Of a stretch of 64,000 nucleotides of DNA, positions 56,853-64,000 are shown in pieces (the first letter of the stretch is position 1; each line of letters starts with the position of its first letter). This DNA is from a virus, in IMG/VR virus record IMGVR_UViG_3300036823_000156, positions 1 through 64,000 of that record. One strand, written 5' to 3'. Made by a program: the position numbers and the translations under genes. Below the pieces are notes generated by a model. That model was not told the origin of the DNA, did not search any database, and saw nothing but the letters and a program-made list of their open reading frames with translations.

Positions 56853-57280
56853 TCCTCGTCCTCCGGCTGTGCCGCTGGGGCAGCACCCACAACCTCGTGC
56901 GACATGATGCGGATGCGGTGGCGGCTCGGCCCGGCAGCCTCAACGGCGTCTTGCTCCGTCGCGTAGACGGCGTACACTTCATCGTCCATTTCGCTGCTAC
57001 CAGCGAGCCAGACGACCGCCGGGGCAGCGAGCAGACCGGCGGCGGCCAGAGTGCGGGCGACTTCCTCGGCGTATTGGTGCGCGGCAGTGCGTGGCCCGTC
57101 GTAGGCGCCACCCCACATGGCGCGGAACACCGCTCGCGCTGCTCTTTCGGTGAGGTCGGTGGCGAGGTGTAACTCGGATCGGGTGAACAGCTCCTCGGCG
57201 TCGGCCGGCACGGTGTCGCGGGTGCCACCCCGGATGAGGTCCTGCGACGGGGACCACCAGAGGCGGATGCGGGTGGCCAT
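56849..57280 (-). CDS. hypothetical protein
   Basis: Coupled ORF. Confidence 0.55.
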   Translation of the reverse strand: MATRIRLWWSPSQDLIRGGTRDTVPADAEELFTRSELHLATDLTERAARAVFRAMWGGAYDGPRTAAHQYAEEVARTLAAAGLLAAPAVVWLAGSSEMDDEVYAVYATEQDAVEAAGPSRHRIRIMSHEVVGAAPAAQPEDEE

Positions 57281-57483
57281 CAGAGGTTCACCGGCGCGTG
57301 CAGGTCCCCGCTGATCTGGGTGACGGTGCCGTGCACGCCGCCGACGACCTGGTTGCCGATGTTCAGCAGCCCGGCCCGGTGCAGGTGTTCGGCCAGCTGT
57401 CGGCACTCGCGCTTGTTCAGCGGCTGCGACCACTCGTCGCTGGCCACCTCGATGTGCTGGGCCGCGATCTCCACGATGCCCAT
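57280..57483 (-). CDS. hypothetical protein
   Basis: Coupled ORF. Confidence 0.5.
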   Translation of the reverse strand: MGIVEIAAQHIEVASDEWSQPLNKRECRQLAEHLHRAGLLNIGNQVVGGVHGTVTQISGDLHAPVNL

Positions 57484-57896
57484 CAGTCGTCCTCGCTCTC
57501 TTCCTCGTCCGGGAACTCGTTGTCCAGAATGAACTCGATCAGATCCGCGTCCCGGGTGCCGGTCGTGACGTAGAGGGTGGGGTCCAGCTGTCGGGCGACG
57601 GCCTCCAGATCGGTCCGCTTCATGGTGGTGAGTTCGCCCTCCCGGGCGTTCTCGGCGTCCGCGGTCAGCAGCTCGACGTCGGGTTCGTGGCCGCCCTCGG
57701 TCATGACCTCCAGCTCGCCGGTGTACGCGACCGCGCCGCAGCTCCCGCAGGTCAGCCGCTCCTGGGCGCCCATGTCGATCGGGATGGCGACGAGACCCTT
57801 GTGTTGGAACAGGGTCAGGCACGGACCGAAGAACACGTCCTCGCCGCAGTTCTCGCACTCCAGGAACAGATAGAAGCGCCCGTCGTTCTCGTCCAT
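57483..57896 (-). CDS. Zn-ribbon protein
   Basis: CENC...CGSC; acidic. Confidence 0.6.
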   Translation of the reverse strand: MDENDGRFYLFLECENCGEDVFFGPCLTLFQHKGLVAIPIDMGAQERLTCGSCGAVAYTGELEVMTEGGHEPDVELLTADAENAREGELTTMKRTDLEAVARQLDPTLYVTTGTRDADLIEFILDNEFPDEEESEDD

Positions 57897-58246
57897 CAGC
57901 CCAACACCTCCACGTCGGCTCGGTCCAGATCGTGCATCGTCTCGGTGGTGCAGTCCTCGGGATCGGCCGGGTAGGCGAACGACACGGTGCCGGCCCCTCG
58001 GTCGACCGCGGTGATCAGGTAGACGTGTCCGGCGAGCGGGAACCGGATGCGCTTACCGACCTGGTACTTGCCGGCGGGCTCGGCCACCGGGGCCGGTGTG
58101 GCTTCACCCAGTGCCAGGGTGAGCACGCGGGTGGACTCCAGGCCGTCCTTGGCCCGGATGTTGATCGGCTTGAGCAGTTGCTTGTCCTCGCAGGTGAGGT
58201 GGACCTCGCCCTTGGCGTTGCACCAGACCTCGAACATCAGCTTCAT
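57896..58246 (-). CDS. hypothetical protein
   Basis: Coupled ORF. Confidence 0.55.
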   Translation of the reverse strand: MKLMFEVWCNAKGEVHLTCEDKQLLKPINIRAKDGLESTRVLTLALGEATPAPVAEPAGKYQVGKRIRFPLAGHVYLITAVDRGAGTVSFAYPADPEDCTTETMHDLDRADVEVLG

Positions 58247-58482
58247 GACGCGCTCCCCTCGGCCACCGGGGCCGTCGAGACCCACTGGCTGGCGCGGGCG
58301 TCCCATTCCAGCTGCTTGGCCTCGGCGAAGCTGGCGTAGCTGCCCCGGCAGGTCACGGTGGCGATCATGCTGCCGCGGAACGCGCGTTTGGCCTGGTGCT
58401 TGGCCAGCGTGCCGTTGGCCAGCAGGCGAATCGGTTGCACGCAGGCCAGGCACGTGCCGTAGTACGGTTGTGCGGTTGTCAT
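58243..58482 (-). CDS. small Zn-binding hypothetical protein
   Basis: GTCLAC...H...CRGS. Confidence 0.55.
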   Translation of the reverse strand: MTTAQPYYGTCLACVQPIRLLANGTLAKHQAKRAFRGSMIATVTCRGSYASFAEAKQLEWDARASQWVSTAPVAEGSAS

Positions 58483-59258
58483 TCGGCTCCTTCCCAGGTT
58501 GCCTCGTAGATGGTGGCCATCAGGCCGTTGGCCCAGTCGCGGTCGGGCACCGTCCGCAACGGCGACTTCTCGATCGCTTCCTGGATGTCCAGCTCCCAGT
58601 CCTCGATCATCGACAGCACCTCGTCCAGCGTGTAGACGCCGGTGCGGATGTGGTGCAGCAGGGTGCGCTGGGGCTCGGGGATCGGCAGCGTGATGCGGCC
58701 GGTGGACAGCAGCTCGTGTCCCTGGAAACCCAGGCGCACCGCGTGGTAGGCGAACTTCGTGTCGAAGCCGTACTCGGCGATCAGCTCGGGACGGTTGGTG
58801 TGCTGCGACTTCAGGCCCAGCATGCGCAGGCGCTGGTTGTGCAGGTAACCCAGGAACTTGTGCGTGATCTGCTTGGACAGGATGTGTTCGATCGCGTGGT
58901 TCGAGCGCAGCACCCGACCCCAGTGCGTGATGGTCACGGTGTCCTGCTTCGGCGCGAACAGCGGCATGATGACGGTGGGGTTGCCGTCCAGCGCCAGGCG
59001 CATCCACTTGCGCAGCCCGTAGACGTTCAGATCGAGATCGCCCGGTCCGGAACGCACGTGCTGCGGCTGGGTGCGGAACTCGTACTGGTCGAAGCGCTTC
59101 AGCCCGAGCACGTACTCCTTGGGTTCGACGCAGATGCCCATCTCGTCGCGGTCGTCGGTGTCCTCGACGGTCACCCCGTACAGGCCGGAACCGACCTGGG
59201 TCCGCAGGATCGTGAACCGGTTGGCGATGTCCTCGCGGTCCGGCGTCTGGTACTTCAT
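58479..59258 (-). CDS. DNA pol beta-superfamily nucleotidyltransferase (RlaP/YcgL-like)
   Basis: VGSGLYG...DDRDEMGI, GNPT, GFDTKFAYHAVRL, IRTG. Confidence 0.8.
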   Translation of the reverse strand: MKYQTPDREDIANRFTILRTQVGSGLYGVTVEDTDDRDEMGICVEPKEYVLGLKRFDQYEFRTQPQHVRSGPGDLDLNVYGLRKWMRLALDGNPTVIMPLFAPKQDTVTITHWGRVLRSNHAIEHILSKQITHKFLGYLHNQRLRMLGLKSQHTNRPELIAEYGFDTKFAYHAVRLGFQGHELLSTGRITLPIPEPQRTLLHHIRTGVYTLDEVLSMIEDWELDIQEAIEKSPLRTVPDRDWANGLMATIYEATWEGAE

Positions 59259-59259
59259 C

Positions 59260-59475
59260 TCAGCCACCGTTGGCCCCCTTCCAGTTCTGCTCGATGGTGC
59301 GCGCGATCTCCACGACGTCGTCGTCGGCCGACACGCCCGCATCGGCGTGCTCCAGGCCGATCCGGGCCAGCGCCAGCAAGGCCTCGCGCTGCCGGGAGGA
59401 CAGCAGATCCCGAATCAACGAGCTGGCGCTGATCTTCTTGAACTCGGTCTGCTTCGGGATGCCCTTAGTCGTCAT
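59260..59475 (-). CDS. hypothetical protein
   Basis: GGAGG RBS. Confidence 0.5.
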   Translation of the reverse strand: MTTKGIPKQTEFKKISASSLIRDLLSSRQREALLALARIGLEHADAGVSADDDVVEIARTIEQNWKGANGG

Positions 59476-59908
59476 CGGTCGTGTAGCCTCCCGCCAGATA
59501 TGCGAGCAGGCGGCGGAACGCCACGCTGTTGCTGACGCCGGGGACCGTGCGCACCTCGGGCTCGCCCAGGTCGACCGCACCCTCGAACACCGTGATCGTG
59601 GACGTGCAGATCTCGGACTCCCAGTCGTCGCCGAGGTGCACCTTCAGCACCAGGCTGGGCGCGACCTCCACGAGTCGGCGCAAGGTGTCGACCACGCTGT
59701 CGTCGCTGTAGTCGCGTTCGGACAGGTTGCCGTCGGCGTGGATCTCCTCGGCGACCCACATGCCCAGACTGCCCAGGCCCGGCCCCGACACTGGGTTGTA
59801 CGCCAAGGGGTGCCAGCGCTCGTAGTCGACCGACACGAAGTCCTCGGCCGCCGCGATATCCCGGGACGCCAGCGTGCCGCGCAGCTGTGCGTGTCGCCAG
59901 TTACCCAT
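59465..59908 (-). CDS. hypothetical protein
   Basis: Coupled ORF. Confidence 0.55.
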   Translation of the reverse strand: MGNWRHAQLRGTLASRDIAAAEDFVSVDYERWHPLAYNPVSGPGLGSLGMWVAEEIHADGNLSERDYSDDSVVDTLRRLVEVAPSLVLKVHLGDDWESEICTSTITVFEGAVDLGEPEVRTVPGVSNSVAFRRLLAYLAGGYTTDDD

Positions 59909-60149
59909 TGCTCTCACGCACCTTCCTGCCCGCGCGGATCGCACCGCGGACGGTCATGTAGCCGATACCGACACCGATGATGTGGACCTTGGGGTAGTCC
60001 TGCCAGTTGCCGGAGTACAGCGTGTAGCGAAAGAAGCGCGTCATGTTGTTGCGGGTCACGAACGCGGTGCCGGTCTCGTTGGACCACATCACGGACTCGA
60101 TGTAGTTCCCCCGGAGCGTGGCAAAGGCCCGTATCTTGGTTCTGCGCAA
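59901..60149 (-). CDS. hypothetical protein
   Basis: AAGGAGG RBS downstream of the repeated motif. Confidence 0.55.
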   Translation of the reverse strand: MRRTKIRAFATLRGNYIESVMWSNETGTAFVTRNNMTRFFRYTLYSGNWQDYPKVHIIGVGIGYMTVRGAIRAGRKVRESNG

Positions 60150-60189
60150 AGACTCCAGCCTCCTTGGCGGGTGAGTGGGTGGTAGAAGG

Positions 60190-60201
60190 AATGTACACTA
60201 A
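60190..60201 (-). promoter_or_regulatory. TTAGTGTACATT repeated motif
   Basis: TTGCAA lies 18 nt upstream of TACATT on the minus strand. Confidence 0.6.
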
Positions 60202-60464
60202 CTGGCGAGGTTCTTGCAACAGGTACCGATCCAGCCGACGTCGGACAGGCGATGGATCAGGGCGTCCTGCACGAGGGGTTCCTCGCAGGCCGCGCAGATA
60301 CCGGGGAAGCTCGCCGGCACCCAGCCGACCATCTCCTCAGCGGCGTAGCGCTCCCGGCGCTGCGACATCTCGTACTCGACCTGCTCCTCGGGCGTGCGCG
60401 TGTTCCCCTTGCAGTGCGCGCACTGCGACACCAGCAGGTCGGTGCGTTCGCAACGCTCATCCAC
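60198..60464 (-). CDS. Cys-rich hypothetical protein
   Basis: CAHC, ASFPGICAAC. Confidence 0.6.
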   Translation of the reverse strand: MDERCERTDLLVSQCAHCKGNTRTPEEQVEYEMSQRRERYAAEEMVGWVPASFPGICAACEEPLVQDALIHRLSDVGWIGTCCKNLAS

Positions 60465-60503
60465 CGGACGCCACCTCCTCGGCCAGCTCGGCGATCACGG
60501 CGT

Positions 60504-61064
60504 TCACCGCAGGGCCGCGAGCTTCGGGTAGCGGGCGTCGGCCTCGGCGGTGGAAATGACCGTGAGGTCGCGCAGCAGGGCGGTGTGCACCGAGGAGCGG
60601 CGCAGGGCCTTCGCGTGGCGCTCGACCCGGTCGCGCAGCTCGTTGAACTCGTTCATGCCGGCGAAGTGCTTCGAGTTGGCCTCGGTCAGCCAGTCGCGGA
60701 ACTTGGTCTGGCCGTGGTGGCGATGGTGGTGGGTCGCGGACATCGGCACGATCACCGGGCCCGAGTCGGTGAACCGGATGCGCACGGTGGGGCTCTCGTC
60801 GGCCGCCGGCTCGGGCGCCACGAACAGGGCGTCGGCGGTCAGCATGGTGGGCAGCTGGATGCGCACGACCGCGGTGGCCGCCGCGTCCAGGGCGGCGGTG
60901 ACCCGGGTGCCGGCGACCGCGTGCGCGGCAGCTGCCCACTCGCGGGCGGTCGCCCGCAGTCTGGGACCGGCCTCGGGGTTCATGCCGAAGTAGTAGGCCC
61001 AGCAGATCCCCACGAAACCGGCCAGCAGTGCGGGGACCTCAAAGGACTGGAAGAAGAGCGCCAT
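60504..61064 (-). CDS. membrane-anchored hypothetical protein
   Basis: N-terminal TM segment. Confidence 0.55.
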   Translation of the reverse strand: MALFFQSFEVPALLAGFVGICWAYYFGMNPEAGPRLRATAREWAAAAHAVAGTRVTAALDAAATAVVRIQLPTMLTADALFVAPEPAADESPTVRIRFTDSGPVIVPMSATHHHRHHGQTKFRDWLTEANSKHFAGMNEFNELRDRVERHAKALRRSSVHTALLRDLTVISTAEADARYPKLAALR

Positions 61065-61090
61065 GAGACTTTCCCTTCTGTGTCAGGAAA

Positions 61091-61121
61091 GCCCCGGCCC
61101 CGCACTGTGCGGGGCCGGGGC
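61091..61121 (-). terminator. intrinsic terminator after the TROVE gene
   Basis: GCCCCGGCCCCGCA-ctg-TGCGGGGCCGGGGC followed by TTT on the minus strand. Confidence 0.65.
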
Positions 61122-61134
61122 GTGAGCTGGTACG

Positions 61135-62772
61135 TCAGGCGGAATAGAACGGCCAGTTGGCGTTCTGCCCGCGCTCCAGCAGTTCGATCTGTCGGAACGC
61201 GGAGTCGGTCAGACCGCTCATCACGTGCCGGTTGGCCGCGCCCGACGGGGCGTGCCCGCGCCGGTATCCGGCCAGATTGTAGGTGTAGAGCGGGGTGCTG
61301 TCCGGCAGGGCCGAGCCGGGATCTTTGCCCCAGTAGTCGCTGGCCTGCTCGTCGGTCAGGATGACCACGCGGTCGTGCTTGTCGAAGTTCCGGGCCACCG
61401 CCTGGGTGGTTTCCGTGCCGCCCGCCAGGAAGTAGCCCGCACTCTTCCACCGGGCGATGCCACTGAGCAGCGACTCTTCCTTGCGGAACGGGAACTTCGT
61501 CGAGGCGTTGGAGAACGACACGACGGTCGGCTGATCGCACCGATGGGCCAGGGCCAGGCCGAACAGCACCGCCGCGTCCCAGCGGGCCAGCGTGCCGTCC
61601 TTGCTGAACGTCGCGTCCATCGACGCGGACGTGTCCACCAGGATCAGTGTGCGACCCTCCAGCGTCGTGATGTTGTCCAGCGAGTTCTGCAGAGCGCGTT
61701 CCAGCGCGCCCTGCCACCGGCCACCGCTGCCGACGGCGCGGGCACTGGAGAGCAGCTGCATCGGCCACTGGCGGGCGGCCACGATCTCGGCCGGGTCGGA
61801 CAGCCGCGCCACGACGTGCTTGACCGAGGCGGGAGAGATGCCGGCCTGGTCGAAGTTGCGCAGGTTCATCCGCAACGCCTGGAACCCCATCGACGGGATC
61901 AGCGCGTCCCACACCGGGCCGGTCATCTCGCCCTGCAGCCAGCCCGACACGGTCTCCCACGTCATGCCGGCCGACGCGATCTTGTTGGCCGCCTTGACCG
62001 GGTCCTTGGTGAACAGCCTGCGCCGCTTGTCCAGGTCCCACTGCTGCATCTTCCGGTTGGCCGTGATCATCTTCAACTCGGCCGGGATCACGGCGTCCTT
62101 GTGCTTGTAGTGGCGGTCCAGGATGTAGGAGAACAACGCGGACTGCTCGGCGTCACGCGGTCGCGGCCGGCACAACGCGATCACCCGGGCGAAGTCGAAC
62201 TCCCGTTCGCCGGTGTCGTACTTGAGGAACGCGCGCTGCGTGTACATCCGGGTGGCCGCCGAGGCCGCGCCCCGACGCCAGGAGATCGGCAGGGTGTCCT
62301 TGCCCGGGTGCGTGCTGCGCCAGTAGGCCAGGGCCTCGCCGGGCTCGTCCGGGCGCTGCAGGGCCGCGTCGAGGAACAGGCGGCCGGAGAACTCCTCGTG
62401 CCCTTCGTAGCGCTTGAGGCCGTCCAGCGCGTGCGCGGCGGCCACCATCGGGGCGGTGCGCAGGAATCCCTCGGTCCGCAGCCACTTGATCCACGCCATG
62501 GTCCACTGTGGATTCAGCGCGGCGACGTTGCGGGTGAGGGTGGCGAAGCGCGAGTCGCGGTCTTTGGCGGTCTCGTAGAAGGTGTCCTGCCCGACCATGT
62601 TCTGGACCGAGAGCAGGAACAGCTCGGACTGCAGGCCGCGGGCGTAGCCGGGGCCGCCCTCCTCGGTGCGTCCGGTCGGCGTCGACTCGGAGAGGATCGG
62701 GGACATGCCCGGCGCGGACGGCGGCGCCGTCCGCGCCGTGCGGGCGGAGGCCGGTGGATTGAAACGAGCCAT
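61135..62772 (-). CDS. rsr: Ro60/Rsr TROVE-domain protein with C-terminal vWA domain
   Basis: TEEGGPGY, ELFLL...QDTFYE, QRPDEPGE, FLKYD, MTWE, ALRMNLRN, vWA LVDTSASM (DxSxS), GGT, ILTDEQ. Confidence 0.92.
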   Translation of the reverse strand: MARFNPPASARTARTAPPSAPGMSPILSESTPTGRTEEGGPGYARGLQSELFLLSVQNMVGQDTFYETAKDRDSRFATLTRNVAALNPQWTMAWIKWLRTEGFLRTAPMVAAAHALDGLKRYEGHEEFSGRLFLDAALQRPDEPGEALAYWRSTHPGKDTLPISWRRGAASAATRMYTQRAFLKYDTGEREFDFARVIALCRPRPRDAEQSALFSYILDRHYKHKDAVIPAELKMITANRKMQQWDLDKRRRLFTKDPVKAANKIASAGMTWETVSGWLQGEMTGPVWDALIPSMGFQALRMNLRNFDQAGISPASVKHVVARLSDPAEIVAARQWPMQLLSSARAVGSGGRWQGALERALQNSLDNITTLEGRTLILVDTSASMDATFSKDGTLARWDAAVLFGLALAHRCDQPTVVSFSNASTKFPFRKEESLLSGIARWKSAGYFLAGGTETTQAVARNFDKHDRVVILTDEQASDYWGKDPGSALPDSTPLYTYNLAGYRRGHAPSGAANRHVMSGLTDSAFRQIELLERGQNANWPFYSA

Positions 62773-62815
62773 GAGTGCTCAACTCCTTGTCAGAGAAGGA
62801 GGAGCGGCAAGCCAA

Positions 62816-62944
62816 GAGTCCGAGAAAAGGTGGTCGAAGGTATTGTCGCGCTCTACCGCTGAGCTACCCACCGAAGTGGGGCGGGATTCGAACCCGCGAC
62901 CTCGTCCTTACAGGGGAAGTAACCCTCAACCTGACTGCGGACTC
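62816..62944 (-). ncRNA. Y RNA, YrlA-like (tRNA-like domain)
   Basis: Terminal stem GAGTCCG/CGGACTC, GGTTGAGGGT/ACCTTCGACC, T-arm GCGGGTTCGAATCCCGC, hairpin CCCACTTCGGTGGG, D-arm TAGCTCAGCGGTAGAGC in permuted order; adjacent to TROVE. Confidence 0.85.
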
Positions 62945-62955
62945 ATAAGCTTGAC

Positions 62956-63025
62956 GCTCCCGAGGAAAAGGTGGACCAGGCGTAATTTCGCCGAATGAAG
63001 TAGCCCGGTCTGAGACAGCGGGAGC
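62956..63025 (-). ncRNA. second, shorter Y RNA
   Basis: GCTCCCG/CGGGAGC and GACCGGG/CCTGGTC stems; shares TACTT and CACCTTTT with the YrlA-like RNA. Confidence 0.65.
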
Positions 63026-63132
63026 TGTCGGGAAAAGCTAGCCCGGCGGTCGGCTTGGCGTGTGGTCCCCGCCGAACCGCCGGTGGTGCAACCGTACCGG
63101 ACGCTCCAGCGGAGCGTCAAGCGGGTTTCTGA

Positions 63133-63561
63133 CTACGCTGCCGGCGGCTGGTCGGTCGCCGGGGGCACGAGGGCGGTGACGCCGTCGACCGCGGTCGAGA
63201 GGTCGGCGGTCGCGGCCTGGAGGCCGGTCACGTCGACGCCCTGAGCCTGGAGATTCGCGATCTCCGTCTGCAGTGCGCTGGTGTCGTCGGTGACCTTGGT
63301 CTTCAGGTCGGTGACCGCGGTGGTCAGGGCGTCGATGTCGGCCTGCGAAGCGGCCATCAGGTCCTCCAAGTGATCGAATCGAATGTCGAGGTCGGACTCG
63401 GAGCCTACCGCACCGCCAGCGGCGAGGAACTGTGTGAACTGGGCGGCCGTGGCCAGGATGGCCTGGGTCAGTCCGCCGACGCGGGGGCGTCGGCCGTGCC
63501 AGGCGGCGACCGCCTGGTCGAGAGCGATCTGCCGGTTGTTCAAGCTGTGTGGAGTGGTCAT
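63133..63561 (-). CDS. hypothetical coiled-coil protein
   Basis: Heptad-like Ala/Thr/Asp-rich C-terminus. Confidence 0.55.
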   Translation of the reverse strand: MTTPHSLNNRQIALDQAVAAWHGRRPRVGGLTQAILATAAQFTQFLAAGGAVGSESDLDIRFDHLEDLMAASQADIDALTTAVTDLKTKVTDDTSALQTEIANLQAQGVDVTGLQAATADLSTAVDGVTALVPPATDQPPAA

Positions 63562-64000
63562 GCCGGCAGCCTAGTGAGGCTGGACCTGCTGGGACAAACA
63601 ATGCCCGACGTGGTGGCGGGCCTGGCAGGACAGGGTGCCGTCGCACTGCACTTCCCGGCGCGGCGGTGGCGCGTTCTTCTCCTTGGCCACGGTCATCTCT
63701 CCCTCGGTGGCTTGGGCTCCTCGGGCTTACTGGGCTTGCCCGGCGGTCCCGGCTTCGTGTCGCGCCCCGGCTTCGGGGATCGCGGTTTCGGCGCGGGCTG
63801 CGGATTCGGTTTGGGCATCCTGGCGTCGATCACTTCCTTTCGTGACAAGGGGAGGAGGGGCCGACCCGGACCGCCGCTACGGTTCGGTCCGGGTCGGCGT
63901 GGGGTGGCCTGCCTTGCACAGGCCGCGAAAGACGCGGGCACGGCATGAAACCCGCTCTCCAGGTCCGGATCGCAGCGGGCCGCTTGGTCTGTGACAACGG

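Noticed and set aside
62840-62900. Canonical tRNA gene
   Set aside because: The T-arm precedes the D-arm and there is no anticodon arm in canonical order; it is better explained as a YrlA-like Y RNA.

Overview
High-GC, siphovirus-type actinobacteriophage sequence, probably most of one genome. Layout: (1) 1.4-7.3 kb, a leftward cassette of hypothetical genes, each preceded by a shared start-associated motif and flanked by AT-richer repeat regions. (2) 7.8-30.4 kb, a rightward virion operon: terminase, portal, scaffold, an inserted GT2 glycosyltransferase, HK97-type capsid, neck, major tail, a -1 frameshifted tail chaperone, tape measure with a transglycosylase-like domain, and minor tails. (3) 30.4-64 kb, a leftward arm: glycosyltransferase/methyltransferase cluster, RuvC-like resolvase, split DnaE, SSB-like protein, Sak4-like ATPase, Cas4-like exonuclease, Lsr2-like protein and SNF2 helicase. 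The most striking part is 51.2-54.9 kb, where two candidate non-CRISPR RNA-guided systems sit back to back. System A is a Cas7/RAMP-like protein flanked by five (GGC-NN)12-16 pentamer tracts, four of them followed by a covarying tRNA-like (acceptor + T-arm) element; as I recall, this resembles recently reported VIPR-type systems. System B is a Nop-domain (TasA-like) gene embedded in 16 stem-loop units with CCA-spacer-(C/T)G dual-spacer architecture (TIGR-like). A third RNP module (Ro60/TROVE plus two Y RNAs, with an RlaP-like nucleotidyltransferase and an SPFH-like protein nearby) lies at 55.7-63.0 kb. No integrase, primase or lysis cassette is recognisable in the window. All assignments come from reading motifs by eye; no database searches were run.
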